Positions 25,963-40,079 of a stretch of 64,000 bases of DNA are shown here, piece after piece. Source of the DNA: Octopus vulgaris (taxonomy: Eukaryota); assembly GCA_951406725.2 (NCBI GenBank), contig OX597817.1, forward strand, positions 84,506,001 to 84,570,000, read 5' to 3'. The position numbers and the translations under genes were made by a program. Position 1 is the first letter of the stretch. Each line of letters begins with the position of its first letter. The notes beneath the pieces were generated by a model that had not been told where the DNA came from, made no database searches, and worked only from the letters and a program-made list of their open reading frames with translations.

Positions 25963-27009
25963 ATAAGTTAATTATCTTAGGAAGTTTGCACATCTTTAGG
26001 AAGATTTTGTGATGGCAGTGAGAAAGAAGGTAATGAAAGGCAAATTCGGCTAATCGAATTCAAAAAGTGATGGCATCCAGCACAGATTTCTATTCTTCCC
26101 ATCAATTCCGCTGATACCCTCACTCCTTCGATTGTTTTGGTGCTTCTCCTTAGCTATATAACCTTCCTATTTACTCCCTTTGAAACACATTAGAATCCTA
26201 TTGTTTTATTGATTACGAATTTACGAATTTACAACTTTTCTTACAAATATTTATCAATTTCTGAAAGAGTACGAACAAAAGAATGAGAAACTATAGAATG
26301 TTTCACAGGGCAAATTCTTTTCTTTTGAATGTGCTAGATTACATGGTTATTCACCTACAGACTTTGCAGAACAAATGATTTCAAAGCAAAGTCCAAACGA
26401 TTCTACGTTATCATGTTTTATTTGTCATTTTGTCATATATATGCATGATATCCTAACAACTGTACTTGATGTATACCAAGTACACTACACTGACCACACA
26501 ATATTATCATCCAGCCATATTCCGCAAAACGCAACTGAATTCCAACTGCAACAACAACGACAATTCCATGAGTCAACAAGAACGATTTTGTATGGTTGCT
26601 TGATTTAGTGAAAACTTGGATCAAATCTGTCAAGGCACAGCCTATCATGTGGAAAAGGAAAAGCTAAGCAACAAGAATACTGACTACTACAACAACGGCG
26701 ATAACAAAACATATTTCTAGTAATGTATTTCTCAGACCTTATTGCAAACATTACCTTCAAATCAATCGAAAAAATAATTAGCCTTAACACATAACGCCAT
26801 ACCAAATTTCAAGTAAACACGAAGATAAATACATTTTATGCCCTTTGGGGATGGTTAAGGTTTACAAAAATAGGATTCATTATTATTACCATTATAATTA
26901 TTATAATTATTATTCTTATTTTAGACGTCGCACAGTATACAATATCGTGAGGTTATTGATTGAAGATATTGTTGATTGAAGATATTGTTGATTGAAGATA
27001 TTGTACTGT

Positions 27010-27685
27010 TTGTCAAGTCACAACAAAGACCTCAGACAGACAGTACTTTAGGCAATATGCATGCAGTTCCAAGTAATGCTGACTTTTGCAATACATCTAG
27101 ATTGTAGGGTATTTCTAAAGTTTTCAGATGTTTTTTTTTTCTGATTGGGTGGTATTGAACACAATGCTCCGATAACAATAGAGATAACCTTTATGTTTGA
27201 CCCTCGTAGCTGCCACATCTTAGCGATTTCAATTCTCGGGTCTCCTGGTCTCCTGAGGGACAGGGGAAGGGAGGGGAGGGATAGGGGAGGAGCAGGGGAG
27301 GAAGAGGAGCAAGAGGTGGAGCAGGAAGAGGAGCAAGAGGGTTGATTAAGTGACACTCTTGTTTGTCCCTCCTAAAGATTACTATATCTTTCTTTCTTAT
27401 GCACCACAACAATGTCTGGTCAGGTGATCGCACTGGATCATTACATCCCACATGATTTTGCAGTTCTCATTTTCGATAACTCCATCTAGGGTTTGTTCAT
27501 TCCACGGTTTTGCTCTTTGTAGGCCGTGATTTCCACAGAGCTCCCAATGGATCATTCTTGCCGCATTGTCATGACGTTGTTTGTAATCCCGTTGTGCCAA
27601 TTTCGGGCATTCGTTAACGAAGTGCCATACCGTTTCACCCCACCTCACAACACATTCTGCATTTGTTACTGTCGGTAGTGATGTC

Positions 27686-27690
<5 letters not shown>
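27010..27690 (-). mobile_element. R4/Dong-type LINE 3' fragment abutting (TAT)n
   Basis: CRMC..GETVWHFVNECPKLAQRDYKQRHDNAARMIHWELC...KIMWD...EIAKMW...IVIGAL. Confidence 0.88.
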
Positions 27691-27742
<52 letters not shown>

Positions 27743-27745
27743 CAT

Positions 27746-27912
27746 AAAGGCAGGGAGCTGGCAGAAACGTTAGTACGCCGGGCGAAATGCTTAGCGGTAT
27801 TTCGTCTGTCTTTACGTTCTGAGTTCAAATTCTGCCGAAGTCGACTTTGCCTTTCATCCTTTTGGGGTCGATAAATTAAGTACCAGTTGCATACTGGGGT
27901 TGATCTAATCTG
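27746..27912 (+). mobile_element. SINE family A
   Basis: AAGGCAGGGAGCTGGCAGAAACG...GCCTTTCATCCTTTTGGGGTCGATAAATTAAGTACCAG. Confidence 0.88.
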
Positions 27913-27977
27913 GTGGAAAAGCTTTGATCTTGTGCTTCAATTAAAAGCCTTTCAGTCTCTGCTTTGAGTCCTGATTG

Positions 27978-28212
27978 TAGTGGTTCTCAGCTGGGGTTGT
28001 CCATATGACCCTTAGGGGCCCTACATAAGATTTTGTTGCTAAAATGTATGTGCAATAAAGGAGTTTTACTTTTACAATACATAGAATATTTCAACATTTT
28101 TTATACAACTCCTTCCTAATAACATTTAATTTTTTATGCATTGAATGACTTTGAGGATCCACCCGGGTACTCAAAAAGGTTCCATAGGCACCAAATGGTT
28201 GAGAATCGCAGT
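27978..28212. mobile_element. hAT (Charlie-like) MITE
   Basis: Ends TAGTGGTTCTCAGC ... GGTTGAGAATCGCAG resemble CAGTGGTTCTCAACC TIRs. Confidence 0.6.
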
Positions 28213-28732
28213 TCTACTGCACAAAAATCATAGAAGTTAACCAATAGCGTATCGATTCCTTCTTGATATATACTGGCAGTTTTCAAATGTGAATATCTAA
28301 TCGGAGAACGCCGCCTCTTTTATGTTCATAAAGCATAGTGTAAGAGGACACCACGACATTTCGGCCTCATTGAGTGTCTCCTCAGTCAGACTTTTCTCGC
28401 TGAACCTATGAATCTAGCATGCGCATGAGTTCTTGTTTATGGGAATTAGCAAACAAATTATTTGCTGTTTTCACTCTCTGGTGGGGTAATTTTGACTGAA
28501 GAAACACATAATAGATCGAAACACCGCCCTGCATCAATAGATCTCAAAATTGCCTTACATCAATGATTTATGCGTGTTATAAACACACATCGTCTGAAGG
28601 CAGGTACTCTCCGATGGCGAAAAAGAAAAGCGATCAGCATAGTCAGGTTCAAATCTGCTTGAAGATATTAAAATGGATTCGTTATTGTTCGGTTTCTCAC
28701 TGTTCTCCGAGTGCCACATGAATAGAATTTAA

Positions 28733-28797
28733 CAAATTTATCTTTAATCAAATTTATCTTTAATCAAATGTATCTTTAATCAAATTTATCTTTAATC
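28733..28797. repeat. 16-bp minisatellite (AAATTTATCTTTAATC) x4
   Basis: Directly visible. Confidence 0.9.
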
Positions 28798-30409
28798 TCC
28801 ATATGAGATGTTTGTTATATTGATTATTTTCATTTAAATTTCACGATTTATGAATTAGACAGATGTATCGCTTGTGTAGGATACAGTACATTATTGCATC
28901 TATTGATGTTGTTTATGTTTTGTTGTTTATGCTGTTTTGTTTTGTTGTTTTATTGTTTATGCTATTTTGATGTTTTTATTTAGCCCATCAAACCTGTTTA
29001 AGCCGAACTACGATCAATGACGTTAAGCTATGATTATCTTGTCTGTTTTCCAAGCTGTCATGTGTATCTACGACTACATTATCCTGGAAACACATGACTG
29101 CTTCTATTTCTTTAAGACGTTGGCTGTGATTTAGAAGAAGATTTGGTCGTTATTTCTATCAGATCGAGTGACAGCTCCGAGGTTCCCACATTGACTTAAA
29201 TATAAATGTGTTATTAACAATAAAATCATGCATTAATACCGACCAGAAACAGCGATAAAGTGTTCTAGATTCAAAAACGGATTCACTCTAGTTTGTATAC
29301 GCTAAACGTCCTAATTAATATATTTCGGAACTCAATTTGCTATTACATTTTTACGATATACAAGAGGTGGGAAAGAGTAGTCTTTAGCTACTATTTGTTG
29401 CCTTCTCCAGTTGAAGATAAATTATGAGATAAATAGAGAGTCGATGTAAGTCATGGTGTTCAAATTTTCAAGAAAATTTATGGTATCATGAGCGAAATGT
29501 AAACTGTTCCAACTGTGAATGGAAACCCGATGGCCAATACAGCTCATAAGTATCTTCCCATCATTCTTATTTCACCCTGGCATGGCCTTGGGTACATAAA
29601 CATGGTTGTATAAGTTAAGAAGCACACTTCACAGTAACATGATATTTTGTTCTAACCCACTACACGGCACCAATTTCAGATGTCTTCTACTACAACCTGA
29701 AGTCCTCTACACGTTAGTCAGTGAAACTCAGTAGATGGTAACTATTTGGAAGCCAGTCGGTGGTGATAGTTCCTGTCCATGTGTATTAGACTTAGACTAT
29801 TCCACACTTTATCACTTCTACCACGAGAATCTTGGGTGCCTTTAAAGGTGTTGCAAGCATTTGAACCGGGCTTCAAGTCAAAAGATAACCTATCCTTGCC
29901 CACTTATTTCTACCATTTTTGGAAATCTTACAAAGATCGCAGTTGTTCTGCCTTTGAATACGCTACTAAAAGTCTTTTTCTTTATTCATAGCTTTGCTTC
30001 TGATCATTCTTCAACTCAGAGGCGAAGGAGAATGATTAGCTTGAAAGTGCTGAAGGTGTGAAAACAACAAAAACACAAAGCTGACATCTTTCATCTGAAA
30101 TACTTCAAATATTTTTTGGGTTTTTTTTTTTTTCATCTCTTGGCTTGTCCTACTTAACAAATCTCTAATACATATCACTTATGTTTAGAAAAAAATAATG
30201 CTGCCTTCATAAAAGTTCAATTCATTTTATGTTGGCTTTGGAGTATTTTTCGCATTTAAAAAAAATGTTATATATTTTTGTTATTTTTATTTTACTCATG
30301 GAAATTTTTATTCCCATTTAAGTTCAAATGGAAGGAAATATGTTATTTCGCCCCTGCCTCAACCTCGGTTTTGCCTGTTTTGCTATAGTTGATGGCATTA
30401 TCATGTTTG

Positions 30410-30655
30410 TTGGGTTGCTGTTGTTCTTTTTATGAGATGTGGCAATGGTGGAGGTGGTGATGGTTGTCATAGTAGCGGTCGTAGTAATAATGATGGTAGT
30501 GGTGGTGCCAACTGTTATATGTGATTTTCTTTTCCTTCAGTTCCTTCGTAACGAATTTCTTTGAGGAAATGATTATGTCGGGATTCTTTATTCAAATCGT
30601 GTTAGGGATATTGCTGTTTGTTTTGTTGTTGTTGCTGCTGCTGCTGCTGCTGCTG

Positions 30656-30693
<38 letters not shown>

Positions 30694-31344
30694 GCTGCTG
30701 CTGCTGCTGCTGCTGTTGCTGGCGGTGCTGCTGGTGCTGGTGCTGGTGCTGGTGGTGCTGGTGCTGGTGGTGCTAGTGGTGGTCTAGAAATTCGTTATTG
30801 AGTTTTGTGGTCGGGGTTAAGATGATGATGATGATGATCACGACGACGTCGATGATGACGATGATGATAACGACGGTGGCGATGGTGGTGGCGACGACGG
30901 CGGTAGTGGTGATGATGATGACAATAAGGCGGAGGAGGAGGGCGAGGAGGAGGATGTCTGAGAGTCGCTGCACTTGTTATTTAAGGCCCATTTGTTTTTG
31001 TAAATTTATTTAAAAGTTTGAGTCTTGGAGATTATTTTTGAGCTTTTTTTTGTTTTTGTTTTGTTTCTTTCACTATAGAGAGTACTTTAGTTGTATTGTT
31101 GTTGCGATTCTTATTCTCGCAGTTATTGTCACATTTGTCATATAGAATCTTAAGGGTGTCAGCATTTCTATTCTTATGTCTTGCCTTTGACCATCAGAGG
31201 CTATTGCTGTTGTTGTTGGTGGTGGTGGTGGTGGTGGTGGTGGCGGCGGCGGTGGCGGCAGTGGCAGAGGTGGCAGCGGCGGAAGCAGCAGCAGCAGCAG
31301 TGGTGGTGGTGGTGGTTGTAGTAGTAGTAGTAGTAGTAGTAGTC

Positions 31345-31423
<79 letters not shown>

Positions 31424-31465
31424 TAGTAGTAGGAGGAGGAGGAGGAGGAGGAGGAGGAGGGAGCA
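30410..31465. repeat. Cluster of compound trinucleotide microsatellites (GTT/GCT/GGT/GAT/GTA/GCA/GGA)
   Basis: Directly visible. Confidence 0.9.
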
Positions 31466-32314
31466 GCATGCCACTTCATCTTTTGTATTGATAAACCTTC
31501 ATGTTCTAGAAACTCCTGATTTAAAAGCTAAAGTGTTTTCGATTTTTCACTAAATTAATCGGTTGCATATGTTTTTGAAAGTGTATACAAGCGTGTGTAA
31601 ACACCACAGCCAAAATGTGCGTCCGCATTAGCCTGCAAATGCGTATTACAACATACACACGCACGCACACGCACGCGCGCACATACATACACACACATAT
31701 ATGTGCATGTACATATTTATGCATGCATTAACGAATATGCGTGCATGCAAGAACATGTGTGTATGTGTGTGGCTGTGAGTATGCATGCGTGTATAAATAC
31801 ACATGTATACACACACACATATATATATAGACACACATACACATACTCATATATGTATATGTATAAGTATATGTTTATATGTGCGTGTGTGTACGTATGT
31901 GTGTATGTATGTATGTATGTATGTATGTATGTATGTATGTATGTATGTATGTATGTACGTATGCACGTGTATATAGATATGCATATGGTTACATGAAGCT
32001 AAATAAAAGTACACGTGCCTGAAAATTGTGTGCATGAACGTATGTGTGCGCATGCGTCTTGCAAGAGAAAGAGAGAGAGGAGTTGAGTAAGAGAGCGACA
32101 GAAAGTCTATATTGTTTTTGTGGGTTGCAGATAAGAGTGTTTGTTATCGCGATTTCGAGTGACGTGATCAGCTTTCTAAATTGTTTGAAAGAAACTACTT
32201 TTGGGGTTTGCTTAAAAATGAAGCATCATGACTGACTAGTTAGCTTGACATCAACGCGAATTTGGGTTCGATTTTATTGCGTAGCATCTTAACCAAGTGC
32301 CTTTTAATATTGCC

Positions 32315-32456
32315 TCGAGCTGGCAGACTCGTTAGCACGCCGGGTGAAATGCTTAGCGGTATTTCGCCTGCCGTTACGTTCTGAGTTCAAATTCCGCCGA
32401 GGTCGACTTTGTGCCAGTTGGGTACTGGGGTCGATCTACTCGACTGGCCCCTCCCC
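32315..32456 (+). mobile_element. SINE family A (deleted)
   Basis: GAGCTGGCAGACTCGTTAGC...GTTCAAATTCCGCCGAGGTCGACTTTG. Confidence 0.8.
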
Positions 32457-32637
32457 CAACTGGAGACTGTTTTAGCTGAAGAATGGACAAAAATTCATGT
32501 GGAAACAATTCAAACTTTGTACGAGTCCATACCTCGTAGAATTCAAGCTGTAATTACTACTAAAGGCAGTCCTACCTCATATTAAAATTAATTTGTTTGA
32601 AATTTTAATGTATTTCTATTATTTTCTCCAACCCCTA
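32457..32637 (+). mobile_element. Tc1 3' end fragment
   Basis: QLETVLAEEWTKIHVETIQTLYESIPRRIQAVITTKGSPTSY* followed by a TIR-like end and TA. Confidence 0.75.
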
Positions 32638-33479
32638 TATATATATAGACAACAACCGTAAAGAATATCGAATTGAAAGCGATTTTTAATTTTTTTATGA
32701 TTTTCAGTGCTGTGACTTTAATCTTTAGTCAGTGCATGACGTGATTAAAATGGAATATTCCTAAAACATTTACAAAGCGAGCTCTAGACTAGCTATAAAT
32801 GTGTCTTGCAAAGATTGCAAAATATTCGCACAAACACTGGAAAACAATGCAAATAACACAAAGAAATATATGATTTTATAGGAATACAATAACAACGACA
32901 GCAGCACCAAGGACATAAGCGAGAAGTAGCGTTCTCATCTCCCTTCTTACCCGTCGAAAGTCTGTAAGTTATATAAAAACGCTTCACACACAAAAATAAA
33001 CATCATAAGCATGACAGAAATGGCTAAAAATTTAGCAATACAGCATTAACTGCATGAAAAAAAACGTATAGAGTTAAAATTTGTTTTTTATAGTCACATA
33101 TGGTATTCTTGTAACAAAAATTCAGGGACTATAAAAAACATCTTACCATTCCAAATCACATTCAGACAATACCATACAGATCCTTTCACAACTGAAGTAA
33201 TCTTATAACATAAACAAAAACTTGAATTCAGTATATAAATATCACAGATCACATTTGTGAATAGGAAATGGCACCACATAAATAATGTAGGCGTTGAAAA
33301 TAAAACCAACAAAGGTAAACAAAATAGTTAATAATCATGTGTGTGTGTGTGTGTATCTGTGTGCATGTATAGATATAAAGATAGAGAGAGGAAGAGATAG
33401 ACACAGAGAGAATGAGAAGATATGCATGTGTGTGTGTGTGTGTGTGTGTGTGTTTGTGTGTATTCTATTTTTTAGTTAT

Positions 33480-35392
33480 TATAAATCTCCCACTGAGGAA
33501 GGACCCGGTTTCCAACAAAGATACAAAGATCCATTTTTTGGATGTAGTTAACACAGACAAATTCACATTTGGAACTTGAGAAAAGTTTTGCATATTTTTA
33601 TTGTTCCACTCACAGATTGCACTTGTAATGTACGAATTAGCCGGTCAATTTCTCTGCCTGAAAATCCCAGTTTATCCAGATTCTCCTTTAAGCATTTACT
33701 AACAAAACTTAGTGCTCCAATTATAATTGGTATAAATATGAATTCATAGTCTGGATATAGAAGCTGGAGGTTTCAAAGTAGTTCTCCATAGATATCCTCT
33801 TTTTCTTTGATTTTCAAAGAGATATTTATATTCGCAGGGCAGATGACCTCCATGATGGTACATACATTTGCCCCTCTGTCCGAAACAATATCCGCCCCGT
33901 TATGTCTACATTTGGCAAAAGTTTTGCTGGGAATATTCCACCAGTATTCCTTAAGTTGGTGTTTATGAATGTATTCCATAACTGAGGGATTTTCTAAGTT
34001 TATTTCAGGATAGTCTTTTTTTGCGGATGGCACAATAAACTGTTTTAGCAACAACATCGTGCCGCATAGGGAGGTAGTACCGTGACGACATATTAGGACA
34101 GCTGCTAATCACATGTGTGATGTCTTCCACAGAAACATGACATAGCCTACACATGCGGTTGCACCTTGGGATTACAAGAGCGTCACTGTCTCTCTTGTTC
34201 ACCAGGTACTTTGTGGCAATCTCCTGTTCCTGGATTGCAAACGCATAGCCTTCGAAGTGTGATGTGATGTAGTGGTCTTGTGTCCAAGAGAGGCTGAGCT
34301 TTGTGTCAATTCTCCTGTCTTCTTCAAGCTTCCGGGCAACATACCCATGCATAGTTTCTTTCTTTTTTTTGTATGCTGAATGTTTTCCATCCAGTTCTTC
34401 TCTCAGGTAAGAGAGCCCAGCTGTTTGGGGGCTCTATAGGAGATCATCAGGAAGAGAGTACTTCTTGAGGAGCTCACTGCCAACTCGTACAATGTTGCTC
34501 ACTTCACGTTTCAGAACTGCATTTATATATTTATTTTTGTTTAGCAGGTGCTGCCTGAGTGATACCATACGGCATTCGAAGACCGTCTGCACTGATCTCA
34601 GGCCTCTACTACCTTCATGTCTTCTTAGGTAGAGCCTGTCAACATCACTGATTCTGTGGAAGTTCCCAGTTGTTGTCAGGATTTTGCGGGTTTTGATATC
34701 AATGGATTGGATTTCCTCTACAGACCAATCAAATATCCTAAATGTTGGGATCAGCATCGGTACTGCAAATACATTGTGGGATATTGTTTTGTTGTAAGTT
34801 CCGACTGCCATATTTTCCTAAATCTGGTGCAATATTCTCGGGTCACTCTATCTTTATTCACAGTGCCTTCATATACATGTTCGTCTGTGCCTAGGTACTT
34901 GTAACATTCTTTGTGTGCAATGGGGGAGATAGAGAGGCCGTTAATGCACAGGTTTTGGGTTTGGGGGACTGATTTTCCTCATTCTAAACTAAATATGAAC
35001 ATTTCTTTTAGGCCAAATTCCATGCCTATATCAGCTGAAAATTTTGATATTAATTCCAGATGTTTCTTGGCATTGTTAACACTTTTAGCATAAATCTTCG
35101 GGTATTCTACAAAGAAATTATGGGTTTCATTGATATTTCTAGCAGTTGAAGATCCTAGCATGTAACCATTTGTTTTCTGCAGTAGGAACGATAATGGATT
35201 CAGTGCCAAAATGAAAAGAATATTCCCTTTGAAATGTCTATACTATCACAAACAATTATTCTGTTCTCAGCTGTAAGGGTAAGAATTGTTGTCCATGTCT
35301 TTGTGAGTCTCTCTATAGCAGCAATTAAGGTAGTAAGTACTTTTGCCAGATGTATGTACTTCAACAGCCATGAATGAGGGATAGAGTCGAAT
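33480..35392 (-). mobile_element. 5'-truncated R4/Dong-type LINE, decayed
   Basis: FDSIPHSWL; FSADIGMEFGLK; YKYLG; DVDRLYLRRHEGSRGL; AIQEQEIAT; CRLC...HVISSC; RHD; KE..Y.EL. Confidence 0.9.
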
Positions 35393-35796
35393 GTATGCAT
35401 GTATGTATGTACGTATGTATGCATGTATGTATGTACGTATGTATGTATGTACGTATGTATGTATGTATGCATGTATGTATGCATGTATGTATGTATGTAT
35501 GTATGCATGTATGTATGTATGTATGTATGTATGTACGTATGTATGTATGTATGCATGTATGTATGTATGTATGTATGTACGTATGTATGTACGTATGTAT
35601 GTATGTATGTATGTATGTACGTATGCATGTATGTATGCATTATGTATGTATGTACGTATGTATGTATGTACGTATGTATGTACGTATGTATGTACGTATG
35701 TATGTATGTATGCATGTATGTATGTATGTATGTGTGTGTGTGTGTGTATGTATGTATGTGTGTGTGTGTATGTATGTATGTATGTATGTATGTATG

Positions 35797-35827
<31 letters not shown>

Positions 35828-35860
35828 GTATGTATGTATTTATTTATGCATGTATGTATG
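35392..35860. repeat. (ATGT)n microsatellite with ATGC/ACGT variant units
   Basis: Directly visible. Confidence 0.95.
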
Positions 35861-36052
35861 TATAGTCGTCATTGAAGTGACGGAGGGTGCTAGTTAGCAA
35901 CAGCATTACAAGAAATAGAGCCAAAACAACTCGTAAGCACGTGAGAGCACTTTTCTAACGACGCTCTCATGTGGCTAAGAGTTCGTTTTGATTTTTATTT
36001 CTAGCAATGTTGGTGCTAACTACCACCGTCAGTCACTTTAGAGACGACTATA
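35861..36052. repeat. ~190-bp imperfect palindrome (foldback/MITE-like)
   Basis: TATAGTCGTC..AAGTGAC..TAGTTAGCA..GTGAGAGC / GCTCTCAT..TGCTAACTA..GTCACTT..GACGACTATA. Confidence 0.8.
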
Positions 36053-36224
36053 CTTGTTACCTTTCGGTTGTAAATTACGAATAGTTACCTTAATAATTGA
36101 TAAGTATATATATATATGATAAGTATATATAGTATATATATACATACATACATACATACATATATGTGTATGTGTGTGTGTATGTGTGTATAGGTAGGTA
36201 GGTAGTGAATATAGATTACGTATA

Positions 36225-36266
<42 letters not shown>

Positions 36267-36305
36267 TGTGTGTGTATGCATATATATATATATATACATA
36301 CATAC

Positions 36306-36363
<58 letters not shown>

Positions 36364-37675
36364 GAGTGAATAGACAAACGAAAGAAGGGCACTCAACACA
36401 TTTATTGGGAGTTACATTTATGGATCAAATGGCCGAAGATTAGCATCACGATTGAAACTCAGAGCACCAAGGAGTTAGAATCAAACTGCTTTGATCCACA
36501 TGTGTGTGGGGGGCGGGTGTATGTATGTATATTTACACTCACACACACACACACACATCATAAATATACACACACGTATATATGTATATATAATGATAAG
36601 CCACATGCTATATTTTCATGTATCAATAAGCATATTAATCTATATTTATAGGTAAACAGTGGAATTTTAAAATTTATGAACGAATGAATACTTATATAGA
36701 AATGTAACGGCAAGCATCTCTATACATTTCTCCATAATTATCTCTTTAGGCAGATCAAAATTTTGAATGTCGACAAGTTTCAGATTAAATGGTTATCACA
36801 TTACTATCTATCAGCTGATCAGAATTTTAAAAACTCTTGCTCTATGACTTCATCGGAGTTTCTACAGATGTAGAAGCGTATACCGAAATAAGTAGACTGC
36901 ATAAGACGTTGGCTGGCATTAAACATGAAAATGTTAAAACTATTCAAACATTAAACTACATTAACTTCCTACGCAATTACTTATCAAAACATTACTATTC
37001 TACATTACTACAGAAATAAAAATTAATGTACAGGAATATAAAAACTCAATATTTTAAGCTCATCTATTCCATGCCATTTTTGTCATTAAGTAACGACAAA
37101 CCAAATCAATAAATCTTCATTATAAAAAGTACTGATGCATCACAGAAATAGAAATATATATGCAGACTACTTTGTTTTTATAAACAGTTTTACGTAAAGA
37201 TCTTTGTTGTTCATAACTAATGAACTATCGTATTTTGTATCAACGTTTATAGTTTAAACTTGGAAACTTGCATTCCTTACTGGTTATCTTTTTCTCTGAG
37301 GATGAAATATGCGTTTGGCGACGACTTCAAATAATTCCTTCTGGAAATTTCGAATCGTAAATTAAAAGATGTTCTACTGGCAATATATTATATACATGTA
37401 ACCAAGTCATGATTCAGGATAAGAAACGCGGAACTTCGCATTTTTAGAATAGCGACTGTTAGTTTCACTGCGTAGACGTCTTCGAATTTCAACTGTTTTG
37501 GGTTTTTTTTTTCATTTTGACCGATATATTTTGTTGGGTGGCTGGTTGGTTGGTTGGTTGGTGTATCATTTTAACATGTATCTCACTTCAACTTGTATCT
37601 CATTTTGATTTGTATTTCCTTTTGGCGTCTATATCACTGCATAGCAAAGATGCCCCCCACCCAGCTAAATATATT

Positions 37676-38515
37676 TTTATCTTTTACTTGTTCTAGTCAT
37701 TAGACTGCAGCTATACTGGGGCACCACCTTGAAGAATTATTAGTCGAATGAACTGACGCCACTACTTTTTTTTAAGTACTGGTACTTATTCTACCGATGT
37801 CTGTTACGAAACCGCTAGTGTTACGGGAACGTAAACACATCAACACTGCTATCGGGTAGTGGGTGGGGAGCAAACACAGGCACAAACACACACACACATA
37901 CACATGCATATACACACACACTCAAACATACACTCACACACACATGTCAGGGTTCTTTCAGTTTCTCTCTACTAAATCCACTCACCAGGCGTTGGTCATC
38001 CCGAGAATATAGTGGAAGACACTTGTCAAAGTGCAGTGGGAATGAATCCGCAACCATGTAGTTAGGAAGCAAACAGCTTTTTTCTTTCTTTTTTTTCCAT
38101 TATTGCCCACAACGGGCTAAACATAAAGGGGACAAACAAGGACAGACAAACGGATTAAGTCGATTACATCGACCCCAGAGCGTAACTACTACTTAATTTA
38201 TGAATCCCGAAAGGATGAAAGGCAAAGTCAACCTCGGCGGAATTTGAACTCAGAACGTAACGGCAAACAAAATAACTATTTCTTTACTGAGCACATGGGG
38301 CTACACACAGAGGGGACAAACAAGGACAGGCAAAGGATTAAGTCGATTATATCGATCCCAGTGCGTAACTGGTACTTATTTAATCGACCCCGAAAGGATG
38401 AAAGTCAAAGTCGACCTCGGCGGAATTTGAACTCAGAACGTAAAGATAGACGAAATACGGCTGCGCATTTCGCCCGGCGTGCTAATGTTTCTTCCCACAC
38501 AGCCACTCCTACGCT
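37676..38515 (-). mobile_element. SINE family B with two nested SINE family A copies
   Basis: Family B body 37676-38075, family A at ~38095-38495, rest of the family B head at ~38495-38515. Confidence 0.82.
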
Positions 38516-38906
38516 CATATTACCTCAAAACTTTCCAGATAATTTTGAAATATTTTACACACTTAAGCAACACCTGCGCAAGTATATTAGTTACAATATA
38601 AGTTATGATAATTTATAATATAAGAATGGCTTTCACAACACTACATTTCCATACTTAGACATAGCTATATCTTCCTAAACATATATCCTTACTCGGACAT
38701 AAGGTTAACATACTCGAAATGATGTATACATAATATTTTTGTATGCCGAAACGCCTACATTTCTAGAAATAAGAGTTAAAATACTCTTTAACTACTATTT
38801 TAACTCATATTTTTAACAACGTAGGTTTTTCGGCACCCTTAATCACACTCAGTGACGATTGAATTTTTCCTATATGGTATCACATTGCGCGCCGCTGCTT
38901 ATATTA

Positions 38907-39049
<143 letters not shown>

Positions 39050-39188
39050 TACATGTATATGAGTGTATGTGTATATATATATATATACATACACGCATAC
39101 TAATCAAATACCTAACGAACATTGAGAAAGTGAACGTTCTTTACCGGTAAACTACCAGGTGCATACCATATGATTTTTCTTATTATCT

Positions 39189-39247
<59 letters not shown>

Positions 39248-39647
39248 GGAGTTGACAAACGAAAGAAGGGCAGTCAACAAATTCAAAATAGCTGAAGACT
39301 AGCATCGCGCTTGAAACTCAAGTGTACCGACGAATTTAAATCAAACTGTTTTGATCCATATATATATATATATATATAGTAGAAATATGTTACGAAAAGA
39401 AAATATAAAATACACGTGGAAGTGTAAGGGTAAAATATGAAAAATCAATGAAAATGCATATTGCAAATAGAAAAAGGCTATTTATGACAGGTAACGACAA
39501 ATACATACATTTAGATTAACTGAGGTAGTAATACGAGTCATAAAAGTCATTATTATGAGATGATTATAAGATGATAATAAAGTAAGAGAACAAAACGAAC
39601 CAATGGTTTACGCAAACTATTCATCGTTTGAACAACATACATATATG

Positions 39648-39686
<39 letters not shown>

Positions 39687-40079
39687 GTATGTATGTATGT
39701 ATGTGTCTATGTATGTATGTGTGTATGCATGTATGTATGTATATATCAGTATACAAAGTTGACACAGCAGAGTTCAAAATAGTGATGTTAGATCATTTAT
39801 ATCACGCACATGTATATAAGCGTAGAACGGTGCTTTCTATCTATCTTACTCGGGGATTATCTTCTCCTTAGAGATTTTGTGAGTTTAAAAGTACATGATC
39901 CAAATGACTCGAGCACCAAATGGTAATTACTACTTATCACAGAAAATCAAGTTAGGACCGTGTTTCATGTGATAGAGCGGTATATATATATATATATATG
40001 TTATAATTTAGATATGTAAGTAAGTATTATCTCATTATGTTATATATATATATATATATATATTTGTATTTATGTGCTG

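Noticed and set aside
26340-26810. Possible host exon in non-repetitive sequence
   Set aside because: Stops in all frames, no recognisable domain, and no convincing splice pair.
28350-28392. Minus-strand CTGAGGA-GAC..GCC-GAAATGTC hammerhead-like string
   Set aside because: No stem I pairing can be formed; at best a heavily decayed copy.
39285-39330. GCTGAAGA...GAAAC motif (related copy at 36430-36470)
   Set aside because: Stems I and III do not pair and the second copy lacks the core. It is part of a small TA-flanked repeat.
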